Below are positions 1 to 11,389 of a stretch of DNA of 64,000 nucleotides, piece after piece. Position 1 is the stretch's first letter. Each line of letters opens with the position of its first letter. A program made the position numbers and the translations under genes. Location of the stretch: contig JBLDXI010000008.1 in the NCBI GenBank assembly GCA_047495785.1, positions 13,987-77,986 of the forward strand, written 5' to 3'. The notes beneath the pieces are model-generated. The model searched no databases and had not been told where the DNA came from. It saw only the letters and a program-made list of their open reading frames with translations. This DNA is from Lepidodermella squamata (Eukaryota; Animalia; Gastrotricha).

Positions 1-805
1 TCATCTCTTGTCTTGGTAGCCGTCCCATCCCGGGTCCAAAGCGTGGTGTTCTCAGCTGCTGCTCACTTCTGTCTCGAGGACTTGGACATTCTCGTTGGAG
101 GTGCCCGTAGCCATGACAGTTTGAACACTGACCCTTCTCGACTCGCTGTGTTGGTTTGAATACTTCTTTCTCCTTCTCTTCTTTTGCCGCCTCGTAGTTT
201 GAATTTGGTTTGTTCTTTATCTCAAACTTGTCGATTGGCGACAGATATCTGCCAATTTCAACCTTCCCTTGATAGATGGATGCACCTTGAATTTCGAGAC
301 CTCGAATTCCTTCTCCCTCCATCTTGTTTTTCTCCTCGGTCACTGCTACCGTGACCTCTCCCATATGTGAAGTGAGCGGTTTCTCGGCCCTTAGAGGAGC
401 CATCCAGCTCGTTCTCGCCAGTTCCAAGGCTGTTTTGACATTTCTTTTTCCATCTTCTAAGAAGCGGATTCTTTTGGCGTTGACATTGATGGTTTTTTCG
501 ACTTTCCAGGTCACTTTCGGCAGGATTTGCTTCAGTGTTGCTTCTTGATCTGCGAAAGTTGATAGACCGGACGCGTCGATACAGTCTTCCAATAGAAACT
601 TGTCTATAATGTGCTTCCTCCTTTCTTCTTCTTTCTTCTCCGCTTTATCTGCCATCTCTTCGACCAGACACATCATCAGTTCTTCAAGGATCGAATGGAC
701 ATTTCCAAGCGATATGCCATTCCTCTCCAGAAACCGGTTTATCTCCGCGTCGTTCATCTTCTTCATCTCCTCCATGAGAGCCTTTAGATGTTGCAGCGTC
801 TTCAT
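1..805 (-). mobile_element. Retrotransposon gag/ORF1-like ORF with CCHC zinc knuckle; runs off the left window edge
   Basis: Minus-strand frame from ATG 805 (MKTLQHLKALMEEMKK...). The 3' portion that I translated is open to base 1 and contains CSNCHGYGHLQREC (CX2CX4HX4C) at 86-127. It is absent from the ORF track, consistent with no stop inside the window. Confidence 0.75.
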
Positions 806-3147
806 GTCAATATTTTTTATAACAAAACCTCAGAAAACCTTAGAATTCGAAAATCGATACGCAGATATTAAATAAATAAATACTAAAAATGTTTACAATT
901 TTTTTTGCCACTTTTCTGTCTGCACTTATTACAACGATCTCAATTTCGACGACCTCCACCCTGCGGTTGGCGGAGTTCGTGACGGGGGAACCTAACGCGG
1001 TCAGTGGTTGTGTGGGTTGATGTTATCGGGAGGGTGACTATCTATGGAATCGATCAATTCGATCTATGCATCCAGGATCCAGGGTCTGCGAGAGAGCAGT
1101 TGAGAGAGTAGTTATAGATAATAAGGGCAAAGAAAACAAGAGAAGTTGGGGTCATTTGTGGTTCGTCCAGTGCTCGGTGAACACTGTTGAGTACACTGTT
1201 AGAGTCGAGTCGAGTTGAGCTCCTCACTTGAACCTGACTGCAAACTTGCCTGGTCTCTACCCAGTAACTCTAACTTGAATTCAATTGGAAGACTCAATTG
1301 GAAGGTTAGTGCAAGTAGCGGCGGTATGAGTCGTGAATCGCAAGGGCAATAGGCCGTCAAAACAGCGATCTGCAATATGCCAGAATAAGAGCGCAGTTGC
1401 ATTGAATCATAATATAATTGGTCGAAACAGCGCCATCGATGCCCATTTTAGTTGTTTCAACTATGCACATGCGAGCACAACGAGCAACAACCCTCCATCG
1501 CCTCCCCTGTTAGAAACAGGAGATACATAGCAATAAATATTCTTTCCGATCAAGCCATTTTAAATCAACAGCTGAGATGATAGCACTACTCTTATTGCCT
1601 CGTTAAACGTCAAACAAGGGCATGAGACCTCGAAACTCTCCATGTTCTGATCAAGCTTCAATCTCAAATCTCAGAGTGGCTTACGAAGCAACTCCGCGGA
1701 ATTCCTCTGCGACAGTCCATCAAGAATGACAGATTCCCCAAAGGATAGCAGAACTTTTTGGCTCACTAACCGAGGTGCTGTTGTTGTGACATTACCTCAC
1801 TCATCATTTGGTACTTGTTTGTCAATGTAAAGGCGCGCTGCTTTCCTCTCTTATAAAGAGACGAAGCGATTCTCTCGCGAATAAGGATTAAGAATAAAGA
1901 TTGGAATAGCTGGAATAGCTTGGTTAGGAATAGCTGTGTAATTTTTCATTCGGTACTTATCGTCTGATTTTAATTTAGCATTAGTGTTTAGCATTAATGC
2001 AATCTTGAAGCTTGTAATAACTTGATTTTACATGAAATGAAGGGAACGAAGCGGCATTAGAAGCTCAAATGTGCTGGGTTTGAAAAGTTAATACCACTTG
2101 AAATTAATTTCCATACATAAATTGCCAAATGAATTGCATGCTACTGATGCACGCTGACACAACCGGGCGATGCGGGAGCGGATGATCCGCGAGTTGGATG
2201 GCACTGCAGATGCCGCTTCATCTTGCGTCGACTAAAGTCAGCCAAGAATGGCACAGCCTGGCCTAAGGTAATATAACCGTAGTTTTAGTGAACACCATCA
2301 CTAACGCTCCAATCAAGGAGTTTTACAGCCAACTTTACAGCTAACAAGCCTTTTGGCCTCAGCGATTTGTTTCTTAGATGAAAGCTTGTTGTCAATCGTT
2401 AAGCCCAGAGTGACTAAAGCATTTTTATTTGTAGGAGTATTGGCGACTGGCGATACCGTGGACCGTGCAGTGCAGATACCGTGGGAAATGGAGAATGAGA
2501 AACTTTGAGAAAGTCATTTTCGACTTATAACATGCATAACGTCATTGATTTAAGAATCTTTTATTCTTTCAATTTGCGTTGCAACAATTTATAATTGATA
2601 TCACAGTGTCCCGGCATTCGGGCACCCATGATGCCGGACCCTTTTCCCCTTGAGCCTACAATTCAAGACCAGCGTTGGATTTCGCTAGCTGGTAGACGAA
2701 ACGTTCACGCTGGCCTGGTAGATCTGCGCGGTTTAGCCCCTGACCTGCTCATCGCTCATCTCACAGAGAGAGAAGCCGCAAGGGAATTATGTCAGAGACC
2801 ACAGCTGAAAAACTCAACAAAAACTAAACTAAACTTTATTGGCGTGCAAGCATCATCTACATGATTGTAACCCTGGGACAAGAATGTAGCACATGGTAAG
2901 GCATATTTATCAAAAGCACTCAAGTGTTTATCTAGTGGCTATTGCTGGCGAAAGGCTGAGAATGTCGGATCACAGAGCCGTATATAGGGTGTTAACCAGA
3001 GGATGTCGCAGATCTACGGGTATTGCTGTCCGTGTTGGCGTCAATCTTTTGCACCATAGAGCTTTTGCACCGTGCGACACCGCAAGCTCCATTGCCAGCA
3101 AACCGACTTTGACGAGTGTCGTGCGGTTTCGCTTGGTTACTGCTGAC

Positions 3148-3874
3148 CAGGGCCGGATTAACGCATATGCACAGAGAGCACGTGCCCAGGGGCCGCCAGT
3201 CAAAAAGGGCCGCCAGAAAGTGGTGAAATGTTCACTTTTACTAAACATTCCCGGAAGATTTTTGGGCCTTTATTAGGTCGTTATGCTTTGCAATTGAGAG
3301 CCTTTCCAAGCATCCGGATCAGACTATTTTTTTAATTTTGCTTGAATTTTGATCGCTTCGCTCGCTAGTTCATCAACTATTGTACAATTTATTTCATCAT
3401 TTCTACCCCTATTCAATTCATTTTGAACAAGCGTAAAACTCAATGAAGCCTGAACCTTGCCTCAATGTTTTCCGAGTTTACCGAGTTTATTAGAATGAAA
3501 CAGGAAAAGCAAGGATTTTTCTGCATGAGAAAAACGATTTTCAGGAATATTCTTGGAAAATTTCTCGCTTCGCTCCTGGTAAGGTGACAACATTCCAAAG
3601 TTGCGGTTATTTTGTTGGAAAATCGAAAGCACTTATTAACATCAACTCCAGCTATGTGAGCAATGTTAGGTGGCTTGCAGCAACAGAATACCAAAGCAAA
3701 ATTAAATTACAAAAGGAATTTTTGCTTTTGAATCTCTATTCCATCAGGAAATTGAGAAAATTGACGTTAGTCACGGTTGCAGGTATGAAAACCTAGTTTT
3801 AGCGGAAAAATATGAAGAGTAGGGCCGCCAACCAGGAAGTGCCCAGGGGCCACCCGAATGTTAATCCGGCCCTG
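3148..3874. mobile_element. Non-autonomous hAT-type MITE (727 bp)
   Basis: Perfect 15-bp TIR CAGGGCCGGATTAAC / GTTAATCCGGCCCTG; perfect 8-bp TSD CTGCTGAC at 3140-3147 and 3875-3882. Confidence 0.93.
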
Positions 3875-4008
3875 CTGCTGACCGAGATGATTGGGTGATC
3901 TTGACAAGGATCGACGACCGAGTGTATTGCTGTCACCCAGCCGGAGCAGTAGGGGTTAAGTGCTCTGCTTAGTTACACACGCGCCAAGACTTGAAGGCGA
4001 ACCACTGT

Positions 4009-4480
4009 ATCAATCAATCAATCAATCAATCATTTTATTATTTCTTATTCGAAAATGAAAATAATGCACCAATGTTATAATAAGTTTTATACAGTAAACA
4101 AATTCGAACACGAGGACGCTAGGCACCCAAGATCAAGATTTACACCTTCTTAACACCTAATGATATGAATGGCACAACTTCATATTCTATTAATAATCAT
4201 AACAACATTCATGTTTTCTTTTTTCAAATACTTCAGCTAATATTTTAACAACAACTTCAGTTTTTCTTTAAAGAATATACAGGAGGACTCTAGGGATAGA
4301 TCACCGGGAAGATTGTTCCACCAGGCAATAACTTGGAACGCAAAGGATCCGCGGAATGCAGCCAAGTAGCAGATAACAGTAGCAGATTTACTCCATGATG
4401 ACTTGATTATCCTCAGCCGCGTCTGAACACGTAATGTAAAGCGCAGTACATATGGAGGTCTGAAGGTACAATCAGATCAG
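4009..4480 (-). mobile_element. 5'-truncated CR1/L2-group LINE 3' end with (GATT)n tail
   Basis: Minus strand encodes SFAFQVIAWWNNLPGDL...FKEKLK, which resembles the CR1/L2 ORF2 C-terminal 'F..R...WNSLP' motif. It is followed by AATAAA and a (TGAT)n tail (plus-strand (ATCA)n ~4009-4032). The element's 5' boundary is approximate. Confidence 0.75.
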
Positions 4481-4917
4481 TTTTGCATACACAAGAGGCG
4501 TGCGATACTAAATTTCAAAGCATTGGGAGATCAAGAAACTTCAGGATAATCTTATTTTGCAATTCATCTTCAGAGGTGGACAGCGGCAACCAAAAGCGAG
4601 ACTAAAAGCGACACCTGTTGATGATTTGGCCTGTTGCCAGGGAGCAGAAATCACTAAGATTAGCTCCAGATTTTAAATCGCGCGCTCGAAAAAATTCATT
4701 CGACCGCCTGAATTACAAAAATAAAATTATAGCAAAATATTTTTTATCTTTAAATATTGACCTTTACAACGCTGGCCATTTTTCACATTAATAAAGCTTC
4801 AGACCGACACACGAAAACCGCGTCTACAACGGGGGTTCCCCCCGTCACACGTCTCTCCAAGGCAGGAACAATAGCCTCACTGACCTCGTTAGCGCTATAA
4901 CCCAGTTTCGACTGAAA

Positions 4918-5590
4918 TTGGAAATGTTGATCACATGTCTGGAGAGCGAACCAATCGATTTGACGCATTTCCCCACAGTCACTGAGGTGGGAGAGGAATA
5001 CGCCCAAAGCAACAAAGAGCTTTACATTACGTGCCTGAAATCGGTATCATCCGAGTTTAATCGTCGTTTCAACACAGACGATTTTCAACGTCTTCGCCTC
5101 TATTGTCGAGTTATGACTAGTCCACTTTGCCTGAACAACGACGACATGAAAGTACTTATCGACATGTTGCAACTTTCAAAGGCTGGGCTGCAGAACGATT
5201 TAATCAAAATGAAATCCGCCAAAGATCTGGCTACTGGTAACCAGTTAGTTTCCATGAAAGAGGTGGCTAACGCCGAACACCCTACTTTGCGCCTTGCCTA
5301 TTCTAAATTAGCAACTTTCTTTGCCACGACTTACGATTGCGAAGCGACATTTTCCGTCTTGAAGTTCATCAAATCGCCGCATCGAACAAGAATGACTGAT
5401 GAACTGTTGGACGCTTCGCTGAGATGCGCAGTTGGTGATCGGCCAGATTTGATGGAGATCTACAGAAAAACGATATCCAAACCCCACTCGTCTCATTGAA
5501 TGATAGCTTCGAAATTTGAGCGATGTGTTGTGAGCTCCGTTGTGAAGGAACCATGATGTTCAGGGTGATGTTCCCGCGTGCGAACCACTG
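4918..5590 (+). mobile_element. hAT (Buster/SPIN/GTF2IRD2-like) transposase C-terminal fragment with right TIR
   Basis: ORF 4918-5499 contains HPTLRLAYSKLATFFATTYDCEATFSVLKFIKSPHRTRMTDELLDASLRCAV (hAT dimerisation-domain pattern). GCGAACCACTG at 5580-5590 looks like a hAT right end and is followed by GTTTATTA, matching the nnnTAnnn Buster target. The N-terminal part is missing. Confidence 0.85.
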
Positions 5591-5628
5591 GTTTATTAGT
5601 TGTTTAATATGCGTCGTACATGATGCGA

Positions 5629-5692
5629 ATTATTATTATTTATTATTATGGATTTTATCATTATTATTATTATTATTAATATGGATTTTATT
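5629..5692. repeat. Interrupted (ATT)n microsatellite
   Basis: Runs of ATTATT with GGATTTT interruptions. Confidence 0.8.
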
Positions 5693-6603
5693 ATATCCAT
5701 AAAAAATCGAAAATGAGATTTTTACTGTTTCGGGCTCAGAATTTAACGCCCGTTATTATTCTGAAAACCGCATCTCAAAATTCGCCAGGGATCAAAAGTA
5801 TTATATCCACTTTCCTGCCTTTTTTTACTAGGTCACTTTATCGGCAGAATCAACAGTATTATCTCCATGGCATGAGTTCGAAAGGGCACAAAAAGTATTA
5901 TATCCAGCAAAAAATCACTCAATCGCGAGCAAAATGGTGATGAAAAAATCGCCAAAATGTGAATGCCTGCATGAGGAATCGAACCACAACAGTGCGATTG
6001 TCGATGCCAAACAAAAAATAACCCTCTTTGTCCACGCTTAAAAAGAAAAATCGGCAAAAAGGGATGCAAGCACGGGGACTCGAACCACTCTATGTAAAAA
6101 CACCATAACACAAAAACAAAAAAGTACGAAACAGTATTATACCCAATATATGTCTCGATAGCGCAAAAACGGTGCATCACCGGTAAACATGGTCGGCGCC
6201 ATTCGTGATTAACAACCCCCATGTTCGACATAGTGACATATTTTACTGAACATTTCGAAAATAAATATGCTTTGTTCGATGTATCTCAAAATTATTTCTC
6301 TTGGATATAATCCTTTTGGCCGCACCGACGACGAGATACGATTACTTTACTAGTAAGATGAATCTTCTCTCGATGTAGATCACATCTACATTTACTCTAC
6401 TTCAACATACATAAATTCCGGCTTTTTTTCCTTGGGGCGTCCAACTGAAAAATCAAAAACCCCGGGAGCAGCATTACAATTGTGTTGCTAACGTAAACAA
6501 ATTCTTCATGTAAATGAAAAATTATCATTTAAAAAATTTTGATTTGTCGAAAAATAATTTTTAAACAAATAAAATCAACGGGATCCATAAAAAGCTGCTA
6601 GTA

Positions 6604-6651
6604 GCGAGGGATTGCTCTTATCGGGGTTGCTTATATCGAGGGAGCACTGTA
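6604..6651. mobile_element. Orphan pogo/Tigger-like terminal sequence
   Basis: ...CTTATCGGGGTTGCTTATATCGAGGGAGCACTGTA resembles a Tigger/pogo right end (TA|CAGTG..CCTCGATATA). No partner end found. Confidence 0.4.
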
Positions 6652-6910
6652 TTACTGTGTAACAACCAATCGGACCGAGTGTAACAACCAAAGTCGAAGT
6701 AACGTCCGGGAAAGCCCGTCGTATCGTCATATTTAGGAGGCTTCGGAGCCCCTCGGAGCGGAAGATTCCAACAAATTGTCTTGCTTCGCTAGTTATATTA
6801 TACAAATAACGTGTTATTTTCACCGATGCAGCACACAGCTTTTCGAACGAAGTTGATACCAACAAATCTCATCATTCTCATTCTCCAACAAATCGTTTGC
6901 TTCAAAAAAC

Positions 6911-7066
6911 CAGTGCTCCGAGTATGGGGGGAAGGGGGTAAACAAACCCCCCTGGCATTCGAAAATTTCTGAAAAACGTAAGGGTGTCCCTCCTGTTGAT
7001 TTGCTAATTTTGGGCTCAAAATGGCTCTATTTACCCCCCTCAGAGCTGGACCTAGTCGGATCACTG
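6911..7066. mobile_element. Small hAT-type MITE, copy 1 (156 bp)
   Basis: TIR CAGTGCTCCGA / TCGGATCACTG (1 mismatch); perfect 8-bp TSD CAAAAAAC at 6903-6910 and 7067-7074. Confidence 0.88.
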
Positions 7067-7152
7067 CAAAAAACCCTACGAAACATCATAGACCCATTTT
7101 TATTCCCCGCAAGTCAGGAAGATGAAAAATCCAGATAAAATCATATTTATTT

Positions 7153-8217
7153 TCACAGATCAAACCCTAACTGTGCCGCGTAAAGTTTGAGTAATAAATT
7201 AACAGTTTTCTCATTTTCGCGGTCCTTCGCAATTTCCATCGCTGTTTTGTTGTCGCTTCGACGTGCGGTCATCGAAGCGCCCTTTTGAGCTAGAAACTCG
7301 ACTACGGCAACATTGCCCCGATCAGCAGCTAGCATGAGCGAGGTCCAGTTATCGAGCCCTAGCCATTTTCTCTTGGTCTCAATGTTGAAGATGTCGTAAT
7401 TCAACAGATTTTTCAGGCAATCTACCAATCCCCAGTAAGCTGCTGAGTGAAGGACAGACCAATTGCCAAGTTTTGCGATTCCAGTCGCGAAGTCTTCAAA
7501 TGTGAAATTCGGAACGATTCGAGATTTTTCGAGTTCTAAGGCAGCTTCTAACAGGAATTTTGCGACTTTCGGAGCGCCTTTACGGCAGCATGTGAACATC
7601 AAAGCGTTTTGGCCTTCTTCCCAGTGGTAGAAATCGGAAATCGTTCCCAGGCCGTGCGTTTTGCTGTCGTAACGAGCTGGCAATAGATGAGAGCTTCGAA
7701 TGTTGGCAAAATTTTCTAATGGCAGTTGGTTGAGGTCATCCGAGCTAGAGAGGATGAATTTTGGCTCGACTAACATTCGCCTTACTTCATCCAGCTTCCC
7801 TTCATAACAAGCCTCAAAAAAATCCTAGAATATAGAGGAATTATTTATTAATTCAGGACAAAATAGCGATAAACTTGCTTTTTGACGCTTATAGAACAGC
7901 TCGACGGCTGAAACTCGCTTCACCTCGATAGGCTCTGAATTCTCCTCGGCAGCTTGAGTTTGCTGTTGGTAAAAATTCTCTAGCAGTTCATCTGGCAGTA
8001 AGCCATTGCCATCTGGCGAAAAAGGATCCATTCCGTAGTCTTCGATGAGAATTGTTACTACATCTGTTTTGCCGTACGCCGCTGCGACATGAAGAGGCGT
8101 TGTTTGTTTGAAATTCGCGAAATCGATGCGAGTCGTTAAGATTTTGAGCCATTCTTTGTCTTGCAGTACTGATGGTATATCAGGTAGATCCCCCGTAGCT
8201 GCAGCTTCGAAAATACG
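7153..8217 (-). CDS. Ankyrin-repeat protein, 3' exons (8217-7879 and 7824-7153); 5' end unresolved
   Basis: TTPLHVAAAYGKTDVVTILI, WSVLHSAAYWGLVDCLKNLL and WTSLMLAADRGNVAVVEFLAQKGA ankyrin repeats. The exons join in frame through a 54-nt GC-AG intron (7825-7878). Confidence 0.8.
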
Positions 8218-8431
8218 CTAAACAGAAACCATAAACATTGCAAAATTAGGGCTCCCTGGAATTAGCATGGGTGGAGAATTTATCTGGTTTACACAGCGAA
8301 AAAAGCACGGAGTCCGGCGCCAGACCCGATATTTTATCTAACAAGGGGGCTTGTATCAAGGTCGCCGTACATTTATTACGAAAAAGTCTAAAACTGGCAC
8401 CATCTGAGACGCTAATCCTTTCCGATCGTAA

Positions 8432-8481
8432 ACTGCCCTCATAGATATTATTCAGTACTGAATTATATCTATGACTGCCCT
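8432..8481. mobile_element. Probable P-element-superfamily excision footprint (17+17 nt of TIR ends between an 8-bp TSD)
   Basis: ACTGCCCT | CATAGATATTATTCAGT ACTGAATTATATCTATG | ACTGCCCT: a 34-bp near-perfect palindrome (8440-8473) flanked by a perfect 8-bp direct repeat. Confidence 0.75.
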
Positions 8482-8566
8482 ACATATAAGAAAGTGCCTC
8501 TAACCAGGGTGTTTTTAACCAGGGTGTTTTGATCGATGGAGTACTTTTGCTCAGACTCTACTAATA

Positions 8567-9317
8567 TAAAGTATGCGTAATATTTTTTTTGCCTCGCATT
8601 TTTTCAATGACTTTTCAACCATGAGGAATGTTTTGAAATGGTTTTCACCAGTCGATAGATCTAGTCTGCGGTAAACTGTCCTCAAATTCTCATTTGAATT
8701 GGGTGTGAGAGAGAAAATTGGTGACGAAAATTCTGTCCGCGATTTTTATTGAAAATTCTCATTTTTGAAAAATGGCATTTTACAGGATTTGAGGTTGGAA
8801 GACATCATCCTGTTGAAAGGCTTTATCGGAATTTTTTAGCAGCGAATTAGGTCAATAACGCGCCGTCAACAAGGAAATTCGACTTAGCGGCGACAAAGAA
8901 GGTCTTATCCACCAACCGCGATCCGAAAGAATTTTCAGAATTTTTTGAATGATTTGTGCCAATTTTATGAAGCCTTCAGTTTTGGATAGTTGTACAATGT
9001 TTTTTCGGGAATCGGTGACGTAGATCCATTACGGACCATCCTCTCAAAAAAACGTGAAGCCTCTGGCGAAAGAGACAATCAATTCAGACCAAATAAGATG
9101 CAAAAATAGCATTTTTCAAAAATGACAATTTTGAATAAAAATCGCGGACAGAATTTTCGTCACCAATTTTTTCTCTCGCACCCAATTCTAATGAAAATTT
9201 GAGGAAAGTTTACCGCAGACTAGATCTATCGACTGGTGAAAACCATTTCAAAATATTCCTCATGGTTGAAAAGTCATTGAAAAAATGCGAGGCAAAAAAA
9301 ATATTACGCATACTTTA
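8567..9317. mobile_element. Non-autonomous DNA transposon with ~215-bp TIRs (Kolobok-like / foldback)
   Basis: 8567-~8781 is the near-identical reverse complement of ~9102-9317. Ends TAAAGTATGCG...CGCATACTTTA resemble TTAA|AG...CT|TTAA Kolobok ends with a decayed TSD. Confidence 0.85.
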
Positions 9318-9609
9318 GAAGTAATTTTGAAAAATAATTAAGAATTCGCAAAAACGTATTTTGAAAAAGGAAAAAAATTGAATACGAATTTGTATGGCTA
9401 GAAATTCAATTTCGGGAATTTAGAAATTGAAATAGATCCTGAGTGTACAATGAGGTCATAGCGTACCTTGTTTTAATTTAGAGAGCGAAGTAGGGATCAT
9501 CACAACATATTAGCTAGTCCGTACCGTCATTGAAATCAAAGGGTAACTTATCTCATGTCGATTGTCCTTATACTTGCCAGTTCACTTGTCCTACTTCGCT
9601 CTCTGGTTT

Positions 9610-9855
9610 ACGCTCTCAAAGACATGTTCAAATAAAACAGTGCCTGAATGCTAAATGGGAAAGCAGATATCGCAGAAATTAACGTGAATGCGTTGCGAAT
9701 AGAACGCGTAATGTCTGTTCATTGTTTCGCCTGGCACTCTCAAAGACATCGTTTCAAAAAATGCATTGCCTCGCGTGCAAAAGGCAGAGCGGCTCTCACA
9801 GAAACATGAATGTGTTGCGGATAGAACGCGTCATGTCTGTTCATGGTTCACGCCA
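9610..9855 (-). repeat. ~120-bp-unit dispersed repeat family, copy in reverse orientation
   Basis: GAACGCGT(A/C)ATGTCTGTTCAT occurs twice about 120 bp apart; it is the reverse complement of ATGAACAGACACGACGCGTTCTC seen at 12.2-12.6 kb, 15.0-15.2 kb and 15.7-15.85 kb. Confidence 0.7.
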
Positions 9856-9976
9856 AAAAGCGAGGTACCGCTGTAGATGGTAGGGACCATCACAACACAG
9901 TTAGTCCGCACGTTCATATGAAGCCATGACTAAAGAGAAGACCCTTATGTCGATTCTCCGTATCCTTACCAGCTCG

Positions 9977-10133
9977 CAGGTTTCCGATTACAGGGGGGAA
10001 GGGGGGAAAACGACCACCTTCGAAAATTTTCGAATTCTGCGAAAAAACATAAGGGTCCCCCTTATGATGTGCTCATTTTAGGCTCAAAAATGCCCGATTA
10101 GCCCCCTGAGGGCGGGACCAAGTCGGACCACAG
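9977..10133. mobile_element. Small hAT-type MITE, copy 2 (older)
   Basis: Colinear with 6911-7066 (GGGGGGAAGGGGG...TTCGAAAATTT...AAGGGT.CCCC...GGCTCAAAA...AGTCGGA.CAC); 8-bp TSD CCAGCTCG / CCAGTTCG. Confidence 0.8.
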
Positions 10134-11389
10134 CCAGTTCGCCTGTCCCACGTCCCACTTCGCTCTCCGATTTCAGGAAATGGGAAATATGATCGGAATG
10201 AGGAACAGTTGGGCTAACATTGTATTCCAGAAATTTAAGCTATCTAAATAATTTAAATTTAGTGCCGATATATATTTAGAGTGGGATTCGTTTTTATCAG
10301 GTAAACAAATGCATGGTCAAAGCTTTCCAGGGATGGTCAAATGGGCGGGGGAATAAGCTTGACCATTGAGCAACAATTCCATAGTGAAAAAATATGCTTA
10401 CCATTGTTTTTTTCAGTAGCGCCTTCGTTTTCGCCGGGTTCTTATCCTACTGCAGCAGGCGATTGTTTAGCAGTGCCGGGCACGGGCGCCGCTGTTCTCG
10501 CCTCCTGACCCGCATTATTAGCCTGTTTGTTTTTCTCCATCGCATCCGGGTCTTCACTCGCCTTGCTGCCGCTATCTAACGAAGGCGGTTCAGGCGTTTG
10601 CTGCTCGTTATTAGACGTTAGGTTTTTTATAAATTTGATAAATTTGCTCATCGCGAACAGCTGTGTGTCTGTTTTAGATTTAGCCTGTCGGTATAGGTTT
10701 TTTTCGCTCCAGAAAAGCAGTATCGTTTATCGCTTTTTCTAGTATTGCTGTCGAGTGCTTAAAAATGTGTGTATGTAGTACTGATCTTATACCTGTTCTG
10801 GAGGCGAAAAACCGCGTAATGTATATACATAGAGAGTGCGCATAAGGATGCTCCTTATTAATGTTTTTTCGGCATGCCGCCTAGCAGACGATTGCTTTTA
10901 TTAGGTAGCCAACCGGTGCGTTGGCTGTGTAATGGACAGCGCCTGCTGCGGGCGTAATGTGCTCGTACTGTTTTTTCTTCCTTGCAGCAGCGGCCGGTAA
11001 TTGTTTATCACTTGCAATAAACGCGCCCCGTTCGAGTGTGTATGCTGAGTTGCGCTACCGTTTTCCGTGCCCAAAATACAAGCCCAAAAGCGGTATACGC
11101 TAATTGCAGCAGAAATAAGAATGAACGCAGAACATTCGTTTTGGTTGCGATAGATATTGTAGCGCAGGAGAAATTAAAAATGAAGTGGATCTCTGTCAAT
11201 CATTTTCAGAGCCTGAGATTGTGGCGATCAGTCCTGTCCTCACGTTTAAAGAGTTAAAGTCCTGAGAAAATGACTGGAATATAGGCCATATATCAGTTGT
11301 TTCAATGGATACTTAAGATGAAAGTTTATTTCAGAGCAATATAGCCTATAAAGTTAGGTTTAGTAAGATTGATTATGCCAATTCATCTT

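Noticed and set aside
820-1520. Possible LTR/PBS/PPT upstream of the gag-like ORF (purine tract on the minus strand near 1490-1510)
   Set aside because: No second LTR copy or convincing tRNA primer-binding site in the window, so LTR vs LINE cannot be decided.
3945-4007. SINE-like motif GGGGTTAAGTGCTCTGCT and a second GCGAACCACTG hAT-like end
   Set aside because: Fragments too short to define an element; truncated by the adjacent LINE tail.
5690-6310. Possible MITE bounded by TTATATCCA / TGGATATAA
   Set aside because: Inverted match of only ~10 bp and no clear TSD.
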